Source: the human T2T-CHM13v2.0 reference genome, Homo sapiens
Assembly (NCBI RefSeq): GCF_009914755.1
Contig: NC_060933.1
Length of the DNA: 64,000 bases
Direction: 5' to 3' (one strand)
Positions 11,539 through 24,778 of this stretch are shown here, piece after piece. Positions within the stretch are counted from its first letter, which is position 1; every line of letters begins with the position of its first letter. The notes below the pieces were generated by a model. That model worked only from the letters and a program-made list of their open reading frames with translations. It was not told the DNA's origin and did not search any database. Made by a program: the position numbers and the translations under genes.

Positions 11539-11657
11539 ATAATCTGATAGTGGAGGAAGCAGTGCAGGAGCTGAACTCTTTCCTCGCACAGGAGAATATG
11601 AGGCTACAGGAATTGACAGATCTTCTTCAGGAAAAGCATCGCACCATGTCTCAGGAG
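11539..11657 (+). CDS. RNF20: RNF20 exon 6 (119 nt), [10 protein letters not shown]...TMSQE
   Basis: ttccccag acceptor, GTACTT donor; cumulative CDS 747 nt, in frame. Confidence 0.96.
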
Positions 11658-11737
11658 GTACTTAACCAAAAAGGAGAGATGGCTGTGTCTAGTGGGCTGT
11701 GGCAGATGTTGACTTACAATTCTGAGCACCTCAAAGA

Positions 11738-11949
11738 TTACCTTACTCTAGAAGGCCTATCATATCATAGGGGATTTTGTAAAACACAACACAACTCCAA
11801 ACCTCCAAATAATGAATTACCCTAAATATAAAAGACTGTATAGTGTTATTGAGGAATGGCGTGGTAGAAATTCCACAGGGAATGGGGAAGTAGAAACTAC
11901 TGTATTGATGATGTCCTAGGAATTTGAGGAATGTCAATTTTCAGTCTAA
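11738..11949 (-). repeat. Right arm of the 212-bp inverted repeat
   Basis: Exact reverse complement of 9727-9938; begins 81 nt after the end of exon 6. Confidence 0.97.
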
Positions 11950-12559
11950 ACTTGGGTGCAAATAATGCCATGATTAAACCATGCCAAGATTTGGACATTT
12001 ATTTATTTACACAAAATGATCAAGATAAAGTGATGATAGGCCTTAAATGACTTTTCTGATACTTCTGATGATCATTTTGATTTAGTTCAAAATATATTCT
12101 ACTGGAATTTGCCCCACCTTAGTTTGGCCACTGAATTCTTATGCTAATTAGTAATTTAGTAGTTGCCATTTACTTAGTGCCTAGAATTTAAGCACTTTAT
12201 GAATGTTATCTCTAATGGCAAAACAACTCCCATTTTATTGCCAAAGAAACAAATTCAAAGAGGTTAGTGATTATTCTGAGGGCACATAGCTAGAAAGTGA
12301 TTGAGCTGTGTTGTGACTGTAGGTCTGTTTGACTTCAAAGCTCTTGTTCTTCATATGCCTTTGTTTACTAAACCCCAGTGTTAAGGTCCATGCTGGCCTG
12401 GTTGCATGAATATCATCTGGGGAATTTATTAATTCATATGGATTATCCTGGACCTTCAAAGGGGTTAGAATGTAGTAGCCCTTATAAATAAACTGGAGTC
12501 TAGTAAGAAAATAGAATATTTTTATCATGTTTTAAGACATTGACTAGGTGCTACCAAGA

Positions 12560-12965
12560 TGGAGAGGTCTTCCTTTTCTAGCCCTTTGACAAATCTCAGA
12601 TAGTATTACTAACCTGGAGGGCAGTTGTTTGCTAAACTGTGATGTCCTTGTTGGCTCTCATGGCTGGCTGTTGATGCTGCCTGTCAGCTGGGTTAATTGT
12701 CTACTGGGATACCTGCAGTTTGCCTCTCCATCATGGTAGTCTCAGGATGGTTGGAATTTTTACATGTTGGCTGACTTCTTCCAGTGAGCATCCCAAGATC
12801 ACCAGGTAGAACCTTCATGGCCTTTCTGATATAGCCTCAAAATTGTGTAGTGACATTTCCATTGGGTCTCTAAAGTTGACCCAGATTCAAGAGGAGGGAA
12901 CAAAGATCCCACCTCTTGTTCAGAGGACTTTCAAAGGATTTTTGTGTCATGTTTTAAAACCTAGC
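12560..12965 (-). mobile_element. Old MaLR LTR (MLT1-like) fragment
   Basis: Motifs typical of MLT1 (ccagattcaaggagg, atggccttttctga..tagcctca). Confidence 0.5.
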
Positions 12966-13591
12966 ACAAAGGGTATATATAGATTAATGTGAACTTGTAA
13001 TAGTTTAGTAGTTAAAATACTAAATAGTGTTAGCTGGTGTATAGCTCCTAAATAGAGTATCTGACTTTAGATTATAGTATAATCTATACTGTATTGTATC
13101 TGACTCTAGATTGCTCTGGGGTGAGCTTAAAAAAGAGTATGGAAGTTTTCTTTTGTTGTGAATGAATGGATTACCTTTTGTGGGACTGTGGAGAGAAATT
13201 TGGGGGTAAAAATGGTTTTTTTGAAAAAATATTTATCTTACAAAACAAAAGATACTATTTATTATCTCTTAAAAAATTACAAAATTTTTATGAGTTTGTG
13301 GTCTGTCCAGAGAAATGGTGCTTTTCAGAGGTAGAAAAATTGTTGAATCTTAGGTGGTCTTTTCTTTGTGTGAGAGTTCTTATAGACTTTAGACTTAAAG
13401 TTTGCATGATTATAACTGACACAGAATTGTTGGAGGAATCCGTGATTTCATTTTTGTAATCATGCATTGGGAAGAGGGTGAAGCATCTTCTATTTGCCTC
13501 TTTTCTATAATTACTCATAAGCAAGGGTTAATATTATGGAATTTGGTCTTTTTTTGCTATATGTTTCTGAATGTTTGTCTTTGGGATGTAG

Positions 13592-13738
13592 TTCTCCAAG
13601 TTGCAGAGTAAAGTGGAGACAGCCGAATCACGAGTGTCTGTCCTGGAGTCCATGATTGATGACCTGCAGTGGGATATTGACAAAATTCGAAAGAGGGAAC
13701 AGCGACTCAACCGACACTTAGCAGAAGTCCTAGAACGG
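13592..13738 (+). CDS. RNF20: RNF20 exon 7 (147 nt), FSKLQSKV...EVLER
   Basis: TAG / GTCAGT flanks. Confidence 0.96.
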
Positions 13739-13908
13739 GTCAGTGCTGTTTTATGGCTTGGAGACTAGAATCATTTTAAGGAGTGTTCTCAGGAAGACTC
13801 ACCTTGGGGCATGGTATTTGAGGAAAAAATCTCATCCTTTGAAGGTACATTGGTTATAGACTGAAATCTTAAGAGTCTCTCACTAAAGAATCTTTGTGTT
13901 CTCTGTAG

Positions 13909-13986
13909 GTGAATTCCAAAGGTTATAAGGTGTATGGAGCGGGGAGCAGTCTGTATGGCGGCACAATCACTATCAATGCTCGGAAG
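13909..13986 (+). CDS. RNF20: RNF20 exon 8 (78 nt), VNSKGYKV...INARK
   Basis: TAG / GTAAAA flanks. Confidence 0.96.
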
Positions 13987-14170
13987 GTAAAATCAGTGAC
14001 TCAGGACATGTTTTGGACTGTATGTCAGCTTTCATGCTTAGGTACTTAGGACTGTGTTCACAAGTGACATCATGGGGTTTTGCTGGAATAGCGAATCAGT
14101 GAAGAAAGGAAGCTTAGAAATGATTTAAGAAGAATACTTATTTATTCTCTATTTTTCTGCTTCTCTGCAG

Positions 14171-14290
14171 TTTGAGGAAATGAATGCAGAGCTTGAGGAG
14201 AACAAAGAGTTGGCTCAGAACCGTCTCTGTGAGCTGGAGAAACTTCGGCAAGACTTTGAGGAGGTCACTACACAAAATGAAAAGCTGAAG
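14171..14290 (+). CDS. RNF20: RNF20 exon 9 (120 nt), FEEMNAEL...NEKLK
   Basis: CAG / GTAGGA flanks. Confidence 0.96.
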
Positions 14291-14389
14291 GTAGGAACGC
14301 ATCCCTGAAGGGCAGTAAAATCAGACGTTCTGCTGATCAACTCACGTATATACATAGTTGTGAATCTGCGTATTCATGAGGGATAAGAA

Positions 14390-15412
14390 AAATGTAGACA
14401 AAATCCAACATCCTTTTATGATAAAACTCTTAACAAATTAGGTGTAAAGAAGTGTACCTCAACATAATAAAGGCCATATAAAACAAGCCCACAGCCAACA
14501 TTATACCCAATGGCGAAAAGTTGAAAGCTTTTCCTTTAAGATCAGGAACAGGATAAAGATGCTCGCTGTCATTACTTTTGTCCTAGCCAGAGTAATTAGG
14601 CAAGGATAAGAAATAAAGGCCTCTTAATCAGAAAGGAAGAGGTAAAGTTGTTTCTGTTTATAGATGACATGACTTTATATATAGAAAACCTTACAGGCTC
14701 CACGAAAAAACTGTTAGAACTATAAATGAATTCAGTAAAGTTGCAGGCTACAGAATCAACATACAAAAACAATTGTGTGTCTATATACCAACAACAAACT
14801 CTATAAAAAAGAAATTAAGAAAACAATCCCATTTACAATACCATTAAAAAAAATTGTGAATAACCTTAACCAGGGAGATGAAAGAACTGTACACTGAATG
14901 GATAAAGAAATGTGGTGTGTGTTTGTATGTGAGTGTGTGTGTGTATATGTGCAACAGCATGGATATATTTAGAGGACATTATGCTAACTGAAATAAACCA
15001 AGCACGGAAAGGCAAATACTGCATGATCTCACTTGTATGTGGGATCTAAAAAAGTCAAAATCTTGGAAGCAGAGTGTAGAATGGTGGTTACCAGGGTTGG
15101 GGAAATCGGAAGATGTTGGGGAAAAGGTACAAAGTTTTAGTTATGCAGGATGAATAAGTTCTGGTGATGTGTAGCATGGTGACTATAATTAATGCTGTAT
15201 TGTGTACTTGAAATATGCTAAGAGTAGATCTTAAATGTTCTTGCCACACACGAAAAGATAACTGTGAGGTGAAGGATTTGTTAATTAGGTGGATTGTGGT
15301 AATGATTTCACAGTGTATATGTATAGCAAAATGCCACATTGTATACCTTAAATATGTATAATTTTTATTTGTTGATTATACCTTAATAAAGCTGGGGGGA
15401 ACAAAGAAAAAA
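14390..15412 (+). mobile_element. L1 (L1M-type) ORF2 fragments and 3' end
   Basis: ORF2-like segments (gatgacatg..tatatagaaaac; aattcagtaaagttgcagg) and L1M 3'UTR ending in AATAAA and an A-rich tail. Confidence 0.85.
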
Positions 15413-15802
15413 TGTTAAGTTTTGTTGATATATCTACTTCTTTACTTACATATTTACTTATTATATGTACTCTGCCTTGCCCTGAAAAGGATTTAAAGCA
15501 ACATACAAAGATATGTAGACTAAATCAAGGTGCTGTAATGTAGGAGTTGTTGAGAAAAATGAGAAGTAGGGTAAACTAGGGTGAGGATCCAAAATGCATT
15601 AAAGTGGGGCTTGTATACAAGATGTTTGCAGGGGGCATATATATACTGTGGAAGGGAGGCCATTCACATGTCAGTGCTTACCGAAGTGATTCCACAGGTT
15701 TGGCTCTGCAGTTTTTTGCTACCAAAACAGAGAAAGAAACACGATTGGTGATCCTGTTGGTCTTCAAACCTGCCCAGAAGAATTTTCTTCTTAGGTTGTT
15801 AG

Positions 15803-16789
15803 TGTAGGGGCCAGCCCCACAGGGTCGGTGGGTCTCTCCCTGTGTGCGGAGACGAGAGAGTGTAGAAATAAAGACACAAGACAAAGAGATAAAAGAAAAG
15901 GCAGCTGGGCCTGGGGGACCACTACCACCAAGTTGCGGAGACCGGTAGTGGCCCCAAATGCCAGGCTGCACTGATATTTATTGGATACAAGACAAAGGGG
16001 CAGGATAAGGAGAGCAAGCCATCTCCAATCGTAGGTAAGGTCACGTGGGTCACATGTCCACTGGACAGGGGGCCCTTCCCTGCCTGGCAGCCGAGGCATA
16101 GAGAGAGAGGAGACAGAGAGAGAAACAGCTTATGCCATTATTTCTGATAATTAGAGACTTTTAATACTTTCACTAATTTGCTACTGCTATCTAGAAGGCA
16201 GAGTCAGGTGTACAGGATGGAACATGAAGGCGGCCTAGGAGCATGACCACTGAACAGGTTAGGCCTCCGGATAACGGCGGACGAGCCTGACTAATGTCAG
16301 GCCCTCCACAAGAGGTGGAGGAGTAGAGTCTTCTCTAAACTCCTCCCGGGAAAGGGAGACTCCCTTTCCTGGTCTGCTAAGTAGCAGGTGTTTTCCCTTG
16401 ACACTTACGCTACCGCTAGACCACGGTCCACCTGGTAACGGGCGTCTTCCCAGAAGCTGGCATTACCACTAGACCAAGGAGCCCTCTGGTGGCCCTGTCT
16501 GGGCATAACAGAAGGCTCGCACTCTTGTCTTCTGGTCACTTCTCACTGTGTCCCCTCAGCTCCTATCTCTGTATGGCCTGGTTTTTCCTAGGTTATGATT
16601 ATAGAGCGAGGATTATTATAATATTGGAATAAAGAGTAATTGCTACAAACTGATGATTAATGATATTCATATATAATCATATCTAAGATCTATATCTGGC
16701 ATAACTATTCTTGTTTTATATTTTATTATACTGGAACAGCTCGTGTCCTCGGTCTCTTGCCTCGGCACCTGGGTGGCTTGCCGCCCACA
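15803..16789 (-). mobile_element. Solo LTR13 (ERVK class), antisense to RNF20
   Basis: - strand starts TGTGGGCGGCAAGCCACCCAGGTGCCGAGG and ends ...CCCCTACA; 987 bp; near-perfect 6-bp TSD tgttag/tcttag. Confidence 0.85.
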
Positions 16790-17377
16790 TCTTAGGAGAA
16801 GAAAAGAGATTCTGGAAGTCTTTCTCACTCCTCTTTCGATCATAGTCATCTCTATTTTACAAGTTGTTTGTAGGTTAAATGATATGAATAAAGATGTTTG
16901 AACTGAAAAATAAAAAACAAAAACAACCTAAGTTAAATCAGTTAAAAGTGTTTGAGTAATTAAATCAGATAGTTGCTTAGGAGAGGCATAACTATTTTTG
17001 ATACCCTGTCAATTTTTTTCTCTGTCACTGTTATTAAAGAGAACAAGTTAGTGACTGGGGTCCTCAACTATGTTTTTAAAATAAGCATCCTGACAAATTT
17101 CACTCTTCTGGTGGCTCATTTGACACAGAATATAAAACACATATCAAAACAATTCTAGGAGGAAAGAATACAGTATATCCAGGTACCATCTCCTAGTTAG
17201 TCTAATTTAATTTTGGGGTAGATTTTACATAACTACAGCAATGGGTAGATAACTTAATAATCTTTATAAAATTGTCTCTCTTGTGTAGGACATCAGTGAG
17301 TTCAAAATTTTACTTCCTGTCTAGCGTCTGGGGCAATGCTAGATTCTGCTTCTGACTTTGCTTTGGGCCCTCCTAAG

Positions 17378-17557
17378 GTGGAATTGCGGAGTGCAGTGGA
17401 GCAAGTCGTTAAGGAAACTCCAGAATATCGCTGCATGCAGTCACAGTTCTCCGTCTTGTATAATGAGAGCCTACAGTTGAAAGCACACTTGGATGAGGCT
17501 CGGACCCTGCTTCATGGCACCAGAGGAACCCACCAGCACCAGGTTGAGCTTATTGAG
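17378..17557 (+). CDS. RNF20: RNF20 exon 10 (180 nt), VELRSAVE...VELIE
   Basis: AAG acceptor / GTAATA donor; matches ORF 17336-17605. Confidence 0.95.
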
Positions 17558-18455
17558 GTAATAGCCTTGCCTTGTCTTTTGTATGTAAGCTTTCTTGCCT
17601 CCTAAATTTTACAATTTTACTCCCTCATGTGCAATTAATCTCTCATTCATTCAGCTGTCATTCATAGAGTGGCAGTAGGTCTTTACTCTGGTAGGTACTG
17701 GGCATATAAAGATGAGATGACAAAATTCCTGCCCTCACAGATCTTGTAGTCTGCAGTAATGGGAGAATAGTATCCATTAGAATGCAATGTGGTACAATGG
17801 CAGCATAGCCAAAAGATGTGATACATGAGAAAAGAGTGTCTGATTTGACTGTGGAAGTTTCCTGATTCCACTTAAAAAAGTAAGGTATAAATATTAAGGA
17901 TAAATTATTGGTAGTTGAAAGTAGGAGAAGAAGAATTCCCGGCATGAGAACAGCACATATAAAGGTATGAGAGAGCATGAGAAATAGTTTAATATGGCTA
18001 GAGCTTACGTGTATGTGAGAAAATAGTGGGTAGAAGCTGCAAAATTACTTACATTTCTTAAACAAAAAGCATATAATGGCACCAGTAGATGATTTTTTTA
18101 AAAGATAGAAACTTTTATTCATATGTTCATTTCTGTATCTTCCATAGTTTTTAAGGTAATGGTTATAATAGTTGGTCTTTTAATATATGCCTGACAAATG
18201 AATTGAATACTATTTTACATATGTTTATATACTGTTTTATAGTTTAGTTCTCCAACTAAATTCTAATATTCTCAGAATTGGTGGCCATTTTCTTTATTTT
18301 TCAGTATCCTGTCAGTTTCCAAATTAGTCTTTTGTAGATATCTGGTTTCATTACGTATAGATTGAACTGGAAATTTTCAGAGTAATCCATAGAATATGAT
18401 GATATTTCTACATTTTAATAAGAATTTTTTTATTGGTTCCTTTATCTGTGTGTAG

Positions 18456-18591
18456 CGAGATGAGGTTAGTCTTCATAAGAAGCTGAGGACTGAAGTAATT
18501 CAGCTAGAAGATACATTGGCCCAGGTCCGCAAGGAGTATGAAATGCTGAGGATAGAATTTGAGCAGACCCTTGCTGCCAATGAACAAGCAG
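18456..18591 (+). CDS. RNF20: RNF20 exon 11 (136 nt), RDEVSLHK...ANEQA
   Basis: TAG / GTATAA flanks. Confidence 0.95.
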
Positions 18592-18912
18592 GTATAATGA
18601 TTCTCACTCCATGCTGTAGTTTGCTCTTAATACCTTCCTTGAAAGATACAACACAGACCCCAGGGTTTGTTAATGCTGACTTCAACTCAGAAGTCATAAG
18701 TACCTTAAATCCTATAATTCATTTTGGTTCACAGCCTGGATGTTTGTTTTTTAACTCAAGTTGACCAGTTTTGTTTTCATCTTCTGAGAAGGAATCTTTT
18801 ATTTGGTAATTCTCCCTATTTCTCAGTGCCTCCTGATGTGTTCTGTTCTTTCTCTCCTTGTGCCTTTGCCCTTACCACGGTTCCTCATAACATTGTTGTT
18901 CCTGTATTTAAG

Positions 18913-19034
18913 GCCCTATAAACAGGGAGATGCGCCACCTCATCAGTAGCCTCCAGAATCACAATCACCAGCTGAAAGGGGAGGTCCTGAGATATAAGCG
19001 GAAATTGAGAGAAGCCCAGTCTGACCTGAACAAG
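18913..19034 (+). CDS. RNF20: RNF20 exon 12 (122 nt), GPINREMR...SDLNK
   Basis: AAG acceptor / GTAACC donor; frame restored at c.1530. Confidence 0.95.
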
Positions 19035-19154
19035 GTAACCAGAGGGAATAGAATAAATATCATTTGCTATTAATGTCGTAAAGCTGCTTTTGAATGAGGT
19101 CGGCAATGTGGTTATCATAAGAGATGTGCATCTTTCTTTTCTTTATTCTCCCAG

Positions 19155-19525
19155 ACACGCCTGCGTAGTGGTAGTGCCCTCCTGCAGTCCCAGTCTAGTA
19201 CTGAGGACCCGAAGGATGAGCCTGCGGAGCTAAAACCAGATTCTGAGGACTTATCCTCCCAGTCCTCAGCTTCAAAGGCATCTCAGGAGGATGCCAATGA
19301 AATCAAGTCTAAACGGGATGAAGAAGAACGAGAACGAGAAAGGAGGGAGAAGGAGAGGGAACGAGAAAGAGAACGGGAGAAGGAGAAGGAGAGAGAACGA
19401 GAGAAGCAGAAGCTAAAAGAGTCAGAAAAAGAGAGAGATTCTGCTAAGGATAAAGAGAAAGGCAAACATGATGATGGACGGAAAAAGGAAGCAGAAATTA
19501 TCAAACAATTGAAGATTGAACTCAA
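19155..19525 (+). CDS. RNF20: RNF20 exon 13 (371 nt) with E/R/K-rich low-complexity segment
   Basis: CAG / GTAAGA flanks; TRLRSGSALL...EEERERERREKERE...LKIELK. Confidence 0.96.
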
Positions 19526-20759
19526 GTAAGAACCACATTTAGAGTAACAGTTTCGACTGAAAAGCTAAGATTAAGACATCATGCATGAAATGTTTGGTTG
19601 ATGGCATGGCTTGTCTGATCGTTTTAATGTTTTAGATTGTACAATTAATTTGGTTTCAAGTCGTGTTCAAGTGCACAGCCAAAATGGCTTGCATGGCTAT
19701 TTAGTACTTTGGTTCAGTGATCGAGTATCAGCAAACCGATGATGGTAGCCTTATTTTTATGAATCCAAATTAAGGAAAAGGATGTCATGATTGAGGTAAT
19801 ACTTCTGAGAATTATTGGGAATTAACTACTGCTCTTCACTGGATTTGAGCAGATTGCTGGCGTTAATTGTAATTTAAATGATATTAAGTGGAGTATTTAT
19901 ATATCACTGTAACTTGAACAATATCTGATCTATTTGCCTGAGAGTTAACTGGTTTGTGAATATGCCATATCTTTCTTAGGAGATTTACTCCTATACACAT
20001 TGACACACTAAGATAGACCTTTAACTTGTTGAATTTTTCTGTGTCATAACCTTATGCATTGGCCCTTCTCCTGTATAACCAATAACTTCTCTGGCAGAAC
20101 GGCTTACTTCTTGCTCCTTACTTTCTATGGTTGATCCTTTGTTGATGTTTGGACTTGAGAGACCACTGTGCTCAAAATGCTTGAACTCTTTTGGTATATA
20201 AAAGTATAGTTAAGAGGTTTAGTAATTTAATAAGAGGTGAAGTTTTAGTCTTTGGCTGATGGTTAATCACTCAGCTGTCAAATCTAGGATTAACAGTATA
20301 TCTCAGACTTTCAAATTTTTCCCTTTTATTTCTCCCTCTTGAACTCTTTAAGGCAATTTTTTTTTTTTCTGGTGTGGTATCAGAATCATCTGAGTGACTT
20401 GTTTAAATCACTTGTTTAAATTTTTGAACTCCATCCCCAGACCTACTGAATCTCAGTTACCCAGGGTTGGGGGCCACAGAAATTTGCCTATATAACAAGT
20501 ACACAAATGTCTGTTTTATAACTTTGTTAGAGGACTTTGAAGGGAGAAATGATTCATTTTTATACAGCTTACTTTTCTGTACTTTCTAAGCATATCCAAA
20601 AGTCTTTTGATAGTCTGTGCAAAATTTTATCTTTTAGGTGTGATATGAAATGTAAAATGAAACTGTTTTAAAATATTCTGCTCAATCAAAATTCCCTTGC
20701 TCTGATGACCTTTATTTTCTTATTACATTGTTCCCCTCCCTCTACTACGCCTGTCATAG

Positions 20760-20877
20760 GAAGGCACAGGAGAGCCAAAAGGAGATGAAACTATTGCTGG
20801 ATATGTACCGTTCTGCCCCAAAGGAACAGAGAGACAAAGTTCAGCTGATGGCAGCTGAGAAGAAGTCTAAGGCAGAG
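20760..20877 (+). CDS. RNF20: RNF20 exon 14 (118 nt), KAQESQKE...KSKAE
   Basis: TAG / GTATTC flanks. Confidence 0.96.
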
Positions 20878-21465
20878 GTATTCTAGTCTGCTATTACCTG
20901 TCCTTCTGGTTAAAATCTTCATTTGTGGGATTTTCCTTTATACTTGCCAACGATATAATTTCTTTCTTTATCTTTAAAATAAGTGTTTAAGTGCAACATT
21001 TTCTGCCTTTTCAAAGACCATCTGAAGTAGAGATTTTAAAACTCTCCATAGGATGGTAAAATATATCTGAATTACTGGGGTTATGAGTAGGCTTTCCAAA
21101 GTATGTATTCCTTGTTTTTCCTATGTAATTCATTGCTACAGGGATAATCTTTTTCATTACTTTTGGGAGGAATGTCTTATGCTCTTAAAATTTTGAGGCC
21201 TAAAAAAAAGGATGGGAACCACTATTCTAAAGAAAGTTACCTGTGCACTTCTCAAAAGTGTTGCTTATAGAAGCATGTCATAGTAGAATGGAGTGATGTT
21301 AAAACAGATGGTGTTATGTAATGTTTTAGTATATTATGTACCTTGTTCTATAATTCTGTAAAGACTCTTTTGGTATTATGAACCTTCTATCTTTGCACAG
21401 TATTAATTGATTTTTGAAAATGTGTTATAACTTTTTATTTTAGTGCAATTCCTTTCCTCTTATAG

Positions 21466-21615
21466 TTGGAAGATCTAAGGCAAAGACTCAAGGATCTGGA
21501 AGATAAAGAGAAGAAAGAGAACAAGAAAATGGCTGATGAGGATGCCTTGAGGAAGATCCGGGCAGTGGAGGAGCAGATAGAATACCTACAGAAGAAGCTA
21601 GCCATGGCCAAGCAG
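21466..21615 (+). CDS. RNF20: RNF20 exon 15 (150 nt), LEDLRQRL...AMAKQ
   Basis: TAG / GTGGAC flanks. Confidence 0.96.
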
Positions 21616-22401
21616 GTGGACTCACTTTCTTTATTTAATTGACTTTTTGAGTAAATGTTACTTGACAATAAGTTATTGCCAGTGAAATTTGCTTTTTTAT
21701 TTTGGTCTTTTTTTGATTGTTAATGTGTATTTTTCCTTTTTGTGTGTGTGTTTTAATTCTTACCTTCAAGTCTTTTATCTTTCTGTTATTTTGTTTTGTG
21801 TATTTGTGAGGCAAGAAATTTACTTTTATTTAAATGGACATTTATTGAAGATCTAGTCTTTCTCTGCTGTTGTTCAGACAGTTATTGAAGATCTAGTCTT
21901 TCTTTGCTGACCTGGAATTAAGGGTTATAGTGAATATAAAATGAAAAATAAGACATAAGATTTTATATACATTATGATTACAAATATATGAAACTAAGAA
22001 AACTATGCTTATAAATATATATCATTATATATTTCTATGTAGTACATATACTACACAGAAAAACTATGCTTATAAATATGTGATTTATATATAATAAGGA
22101 TATAATCTATTAACCAATATAATAACATTGATTAAGCAGTATGTTAACTATGGCTATTTTGGGGTCATAGAACTATAGAGATTGTTCTCCTCCTTATAAT
22201 GAATATGTATGTATTTTTAAATGCCAGGGAATTTTTATTAAAATTCAATAATAAAGATACTGAAAATGCTTGAAAAAACCATATATGTATTCTCTGTTAG
22301 TACACCTTCATTGTTTCTAAGAAATAGCAAAATAACAGTGAGATGGAGTAGGTTTAATGGTAAGTTGATCATGAAGTGCCTTGAAAAGAAGAACTTCATT
22401 A

Positions 22402-22743
<342 letters not shown>

Positions 22744-22989
22744 GTGTAATTTTGACTTTTCTTAAATCTGGTAAATGCCACTTTTTTTTTTCTTCCCTCT
22801 CTCTTAAGGTAATTATCAGGAAATTATACTATTATAGGTTCTAGAACAAGTAAAAAGAAAGACACTATGTTCTTGTATACGATGACTATCTTAAAAATGT
22901 TCAGTCTTTCTAAGTTTATGTATTAATATAATGTGATCTCATAAAAGTGCTTTTTTTAAGTTTTGCTTTTGTTTATTTTGGTACTAGAA

Positions 22990-23770
22990 GAACTGGTTTT
23001 AAAGTACATGTGGAGAAGTAAACAAGAGTAACAAGAGAAATTGAAAAAGAACAGCACTGGGGTCTCTTCCATATATTAAAACATAAAGTTTCTGTAGATG
23101 AAATAGCTTGGGACTACTAGACAGGCTATTAGAACTGAATAGAAACTTGAGAAGTAGTTGAAAGTACACATGATACTTATTATGTGCTAAATACATAGTT
23201 TTAAATCAGTGGGGAAAAGAAAAACTGTGACATGTGATGGGACAAAATTAAAAAAAATAATGTTAGAGAAAAGTTAGATACATACTTGAATACACTAGGA
23301 TGATTTCCAAATGGATCATAGATATGATATTTTAAAAAATGCATCCATCAAAAAGCTAGAAGAAAACCATTAAATTCCTTTATAATTTGGAGTGGAGACC
23401 TTTCTATGAATAAAAGGCTAGAAAACATGAACAAAAAATTGATAATTTTGAGTTATTTTTTAAAATGATGCAAAACTTCTACACTGCAAAAAACACTGTT
23501 AGCAAAGCCAAAAGATTAAATGACAAAAAGTAAAAAATATTTTTAACTTTTATTACAAAGAAGGCTTATCTGATACAAAAAAAACTCTCCAAAATAGGGA
23601 AAAAAACTCAAGAATCCAGTGGAAGAATAGGCAAAAGAAATGAGTTGGTTATGGAAAGAATACAAGTGGTCTTAACCATATGAAAAGATGCTCAGTCTCA
23701 CTTAAAATGAGATAGATATAAAGTAAAGCTATTATTAGATACCAGTCTTCACCTATCAGATTGTTACAAG
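22990..23770 (+). mobile_element. Old L1M(E)-like ORF2 fragment
   Basis: A-rich; motifs such as catatgaaaagatgctca.tctcact and aaaacttct.cactgcaaaa. Confidence 0.6.
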
Positions 23771-24155
23771 GCTTTAGATGTTTGCAACTGCTGGAAATCC
23801 TGTAGATCCAGTATTTTAATTGTGGAAAAGCATGAGAAAATGTGAGAGGTTATGATGGAAGTACTCTTAACCAATTGCTGCTTGATCCGTTTGTCTAGAT
23901 TAAGGTAAATACAATTATTGTCTAATTTAACTGACGTTGAGTACAGATCAACTAATAAGTATCAGACCAACAATTGGTGCCAGTGACTTCAGATAATAGA
24001 GCTTCTGTATGCCTAGTGACAAAACACAACTTCTTAAAACTCTGTCACTAAATTAATTTATATCTAAATGAACAGTGGGAAAATTTAGTTTCCTGTGCTC
24101 TTCCATTGAAGTTGGAAGATTCTTCTAAAATCAAATCTCTTCCTTCATCCTTTAG

Positions 24156-24368
24156 GAAGAAGAAGCACTCCTCTCTGAAATGGATGTCACAGGCCAGGCC
24201 TTTGAAGACATGCAGGAGCAAAATATCCGTTTGATGCAGCAATTGCGGGAGAAGGATGATGCAAATTTCAAGCTCATGTCAGAGCGTATCAAGTCCAATC
24301 AGATCCATAAGTTGCTTAAAGAAGAGAAGGAGGAGCTGGCAGACCAGGTGTTGACTCTGAAGACTCAG
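24156..24368 (+). CDS. RNF20: RNF20 exon 16 (213 nt), EEEALLSE...TLKTQ
   Basis: TAG / GTAATT flanks. Confidence 0.96.
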
Positions 24369-24778
24369 GTAATTAGGATGAGTAGAGCTTTCTATTCTGT
24401 TGAAATAGGGTGCTTTCTACATGATGATATAAGTAAAAGAATGATTATTGTGGCACATTTTTGTGATTGGAAAAAAATTTGAAAACTAAATGTTCATCAT
24501 TAGGGTATTGGTAAATAAATTATACATCTCTACTGTTATTCCTACAAAAGAGTACAGTGTACTTGTCAAATATGGATCTGCTAATATGGAAACATGTCTG
24601 AAATAAAATCAAGTGACGTGTTTTGTTATCCTTTTTGCGTTAAAGTATATGTTTACTTGTGTTCCTGTGCTGTATATTTTAAAAATTTCTGGAAGGCTGC
24701 ATGAGAAACTGTTAGAATTGTTACTTCTGTATATTGGGATGAGTTGTGGGTGAGGTTAGGAGGTATGTGTGATTTTAC

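Noticed and set aside
9739-11937. Two identical 64-aa ORFs (9739-9933 + and 11743-11937 -)
   Set aside because: A by-product of the inverted duplication; TTG start, no recognisable domain or splice context.
19283-19525. Ser/Leu/Phe-rich - strand ORF and purine-rich repeat
   Set aside because: Antisense of the E/R/K-rich RNF20 exon 13.
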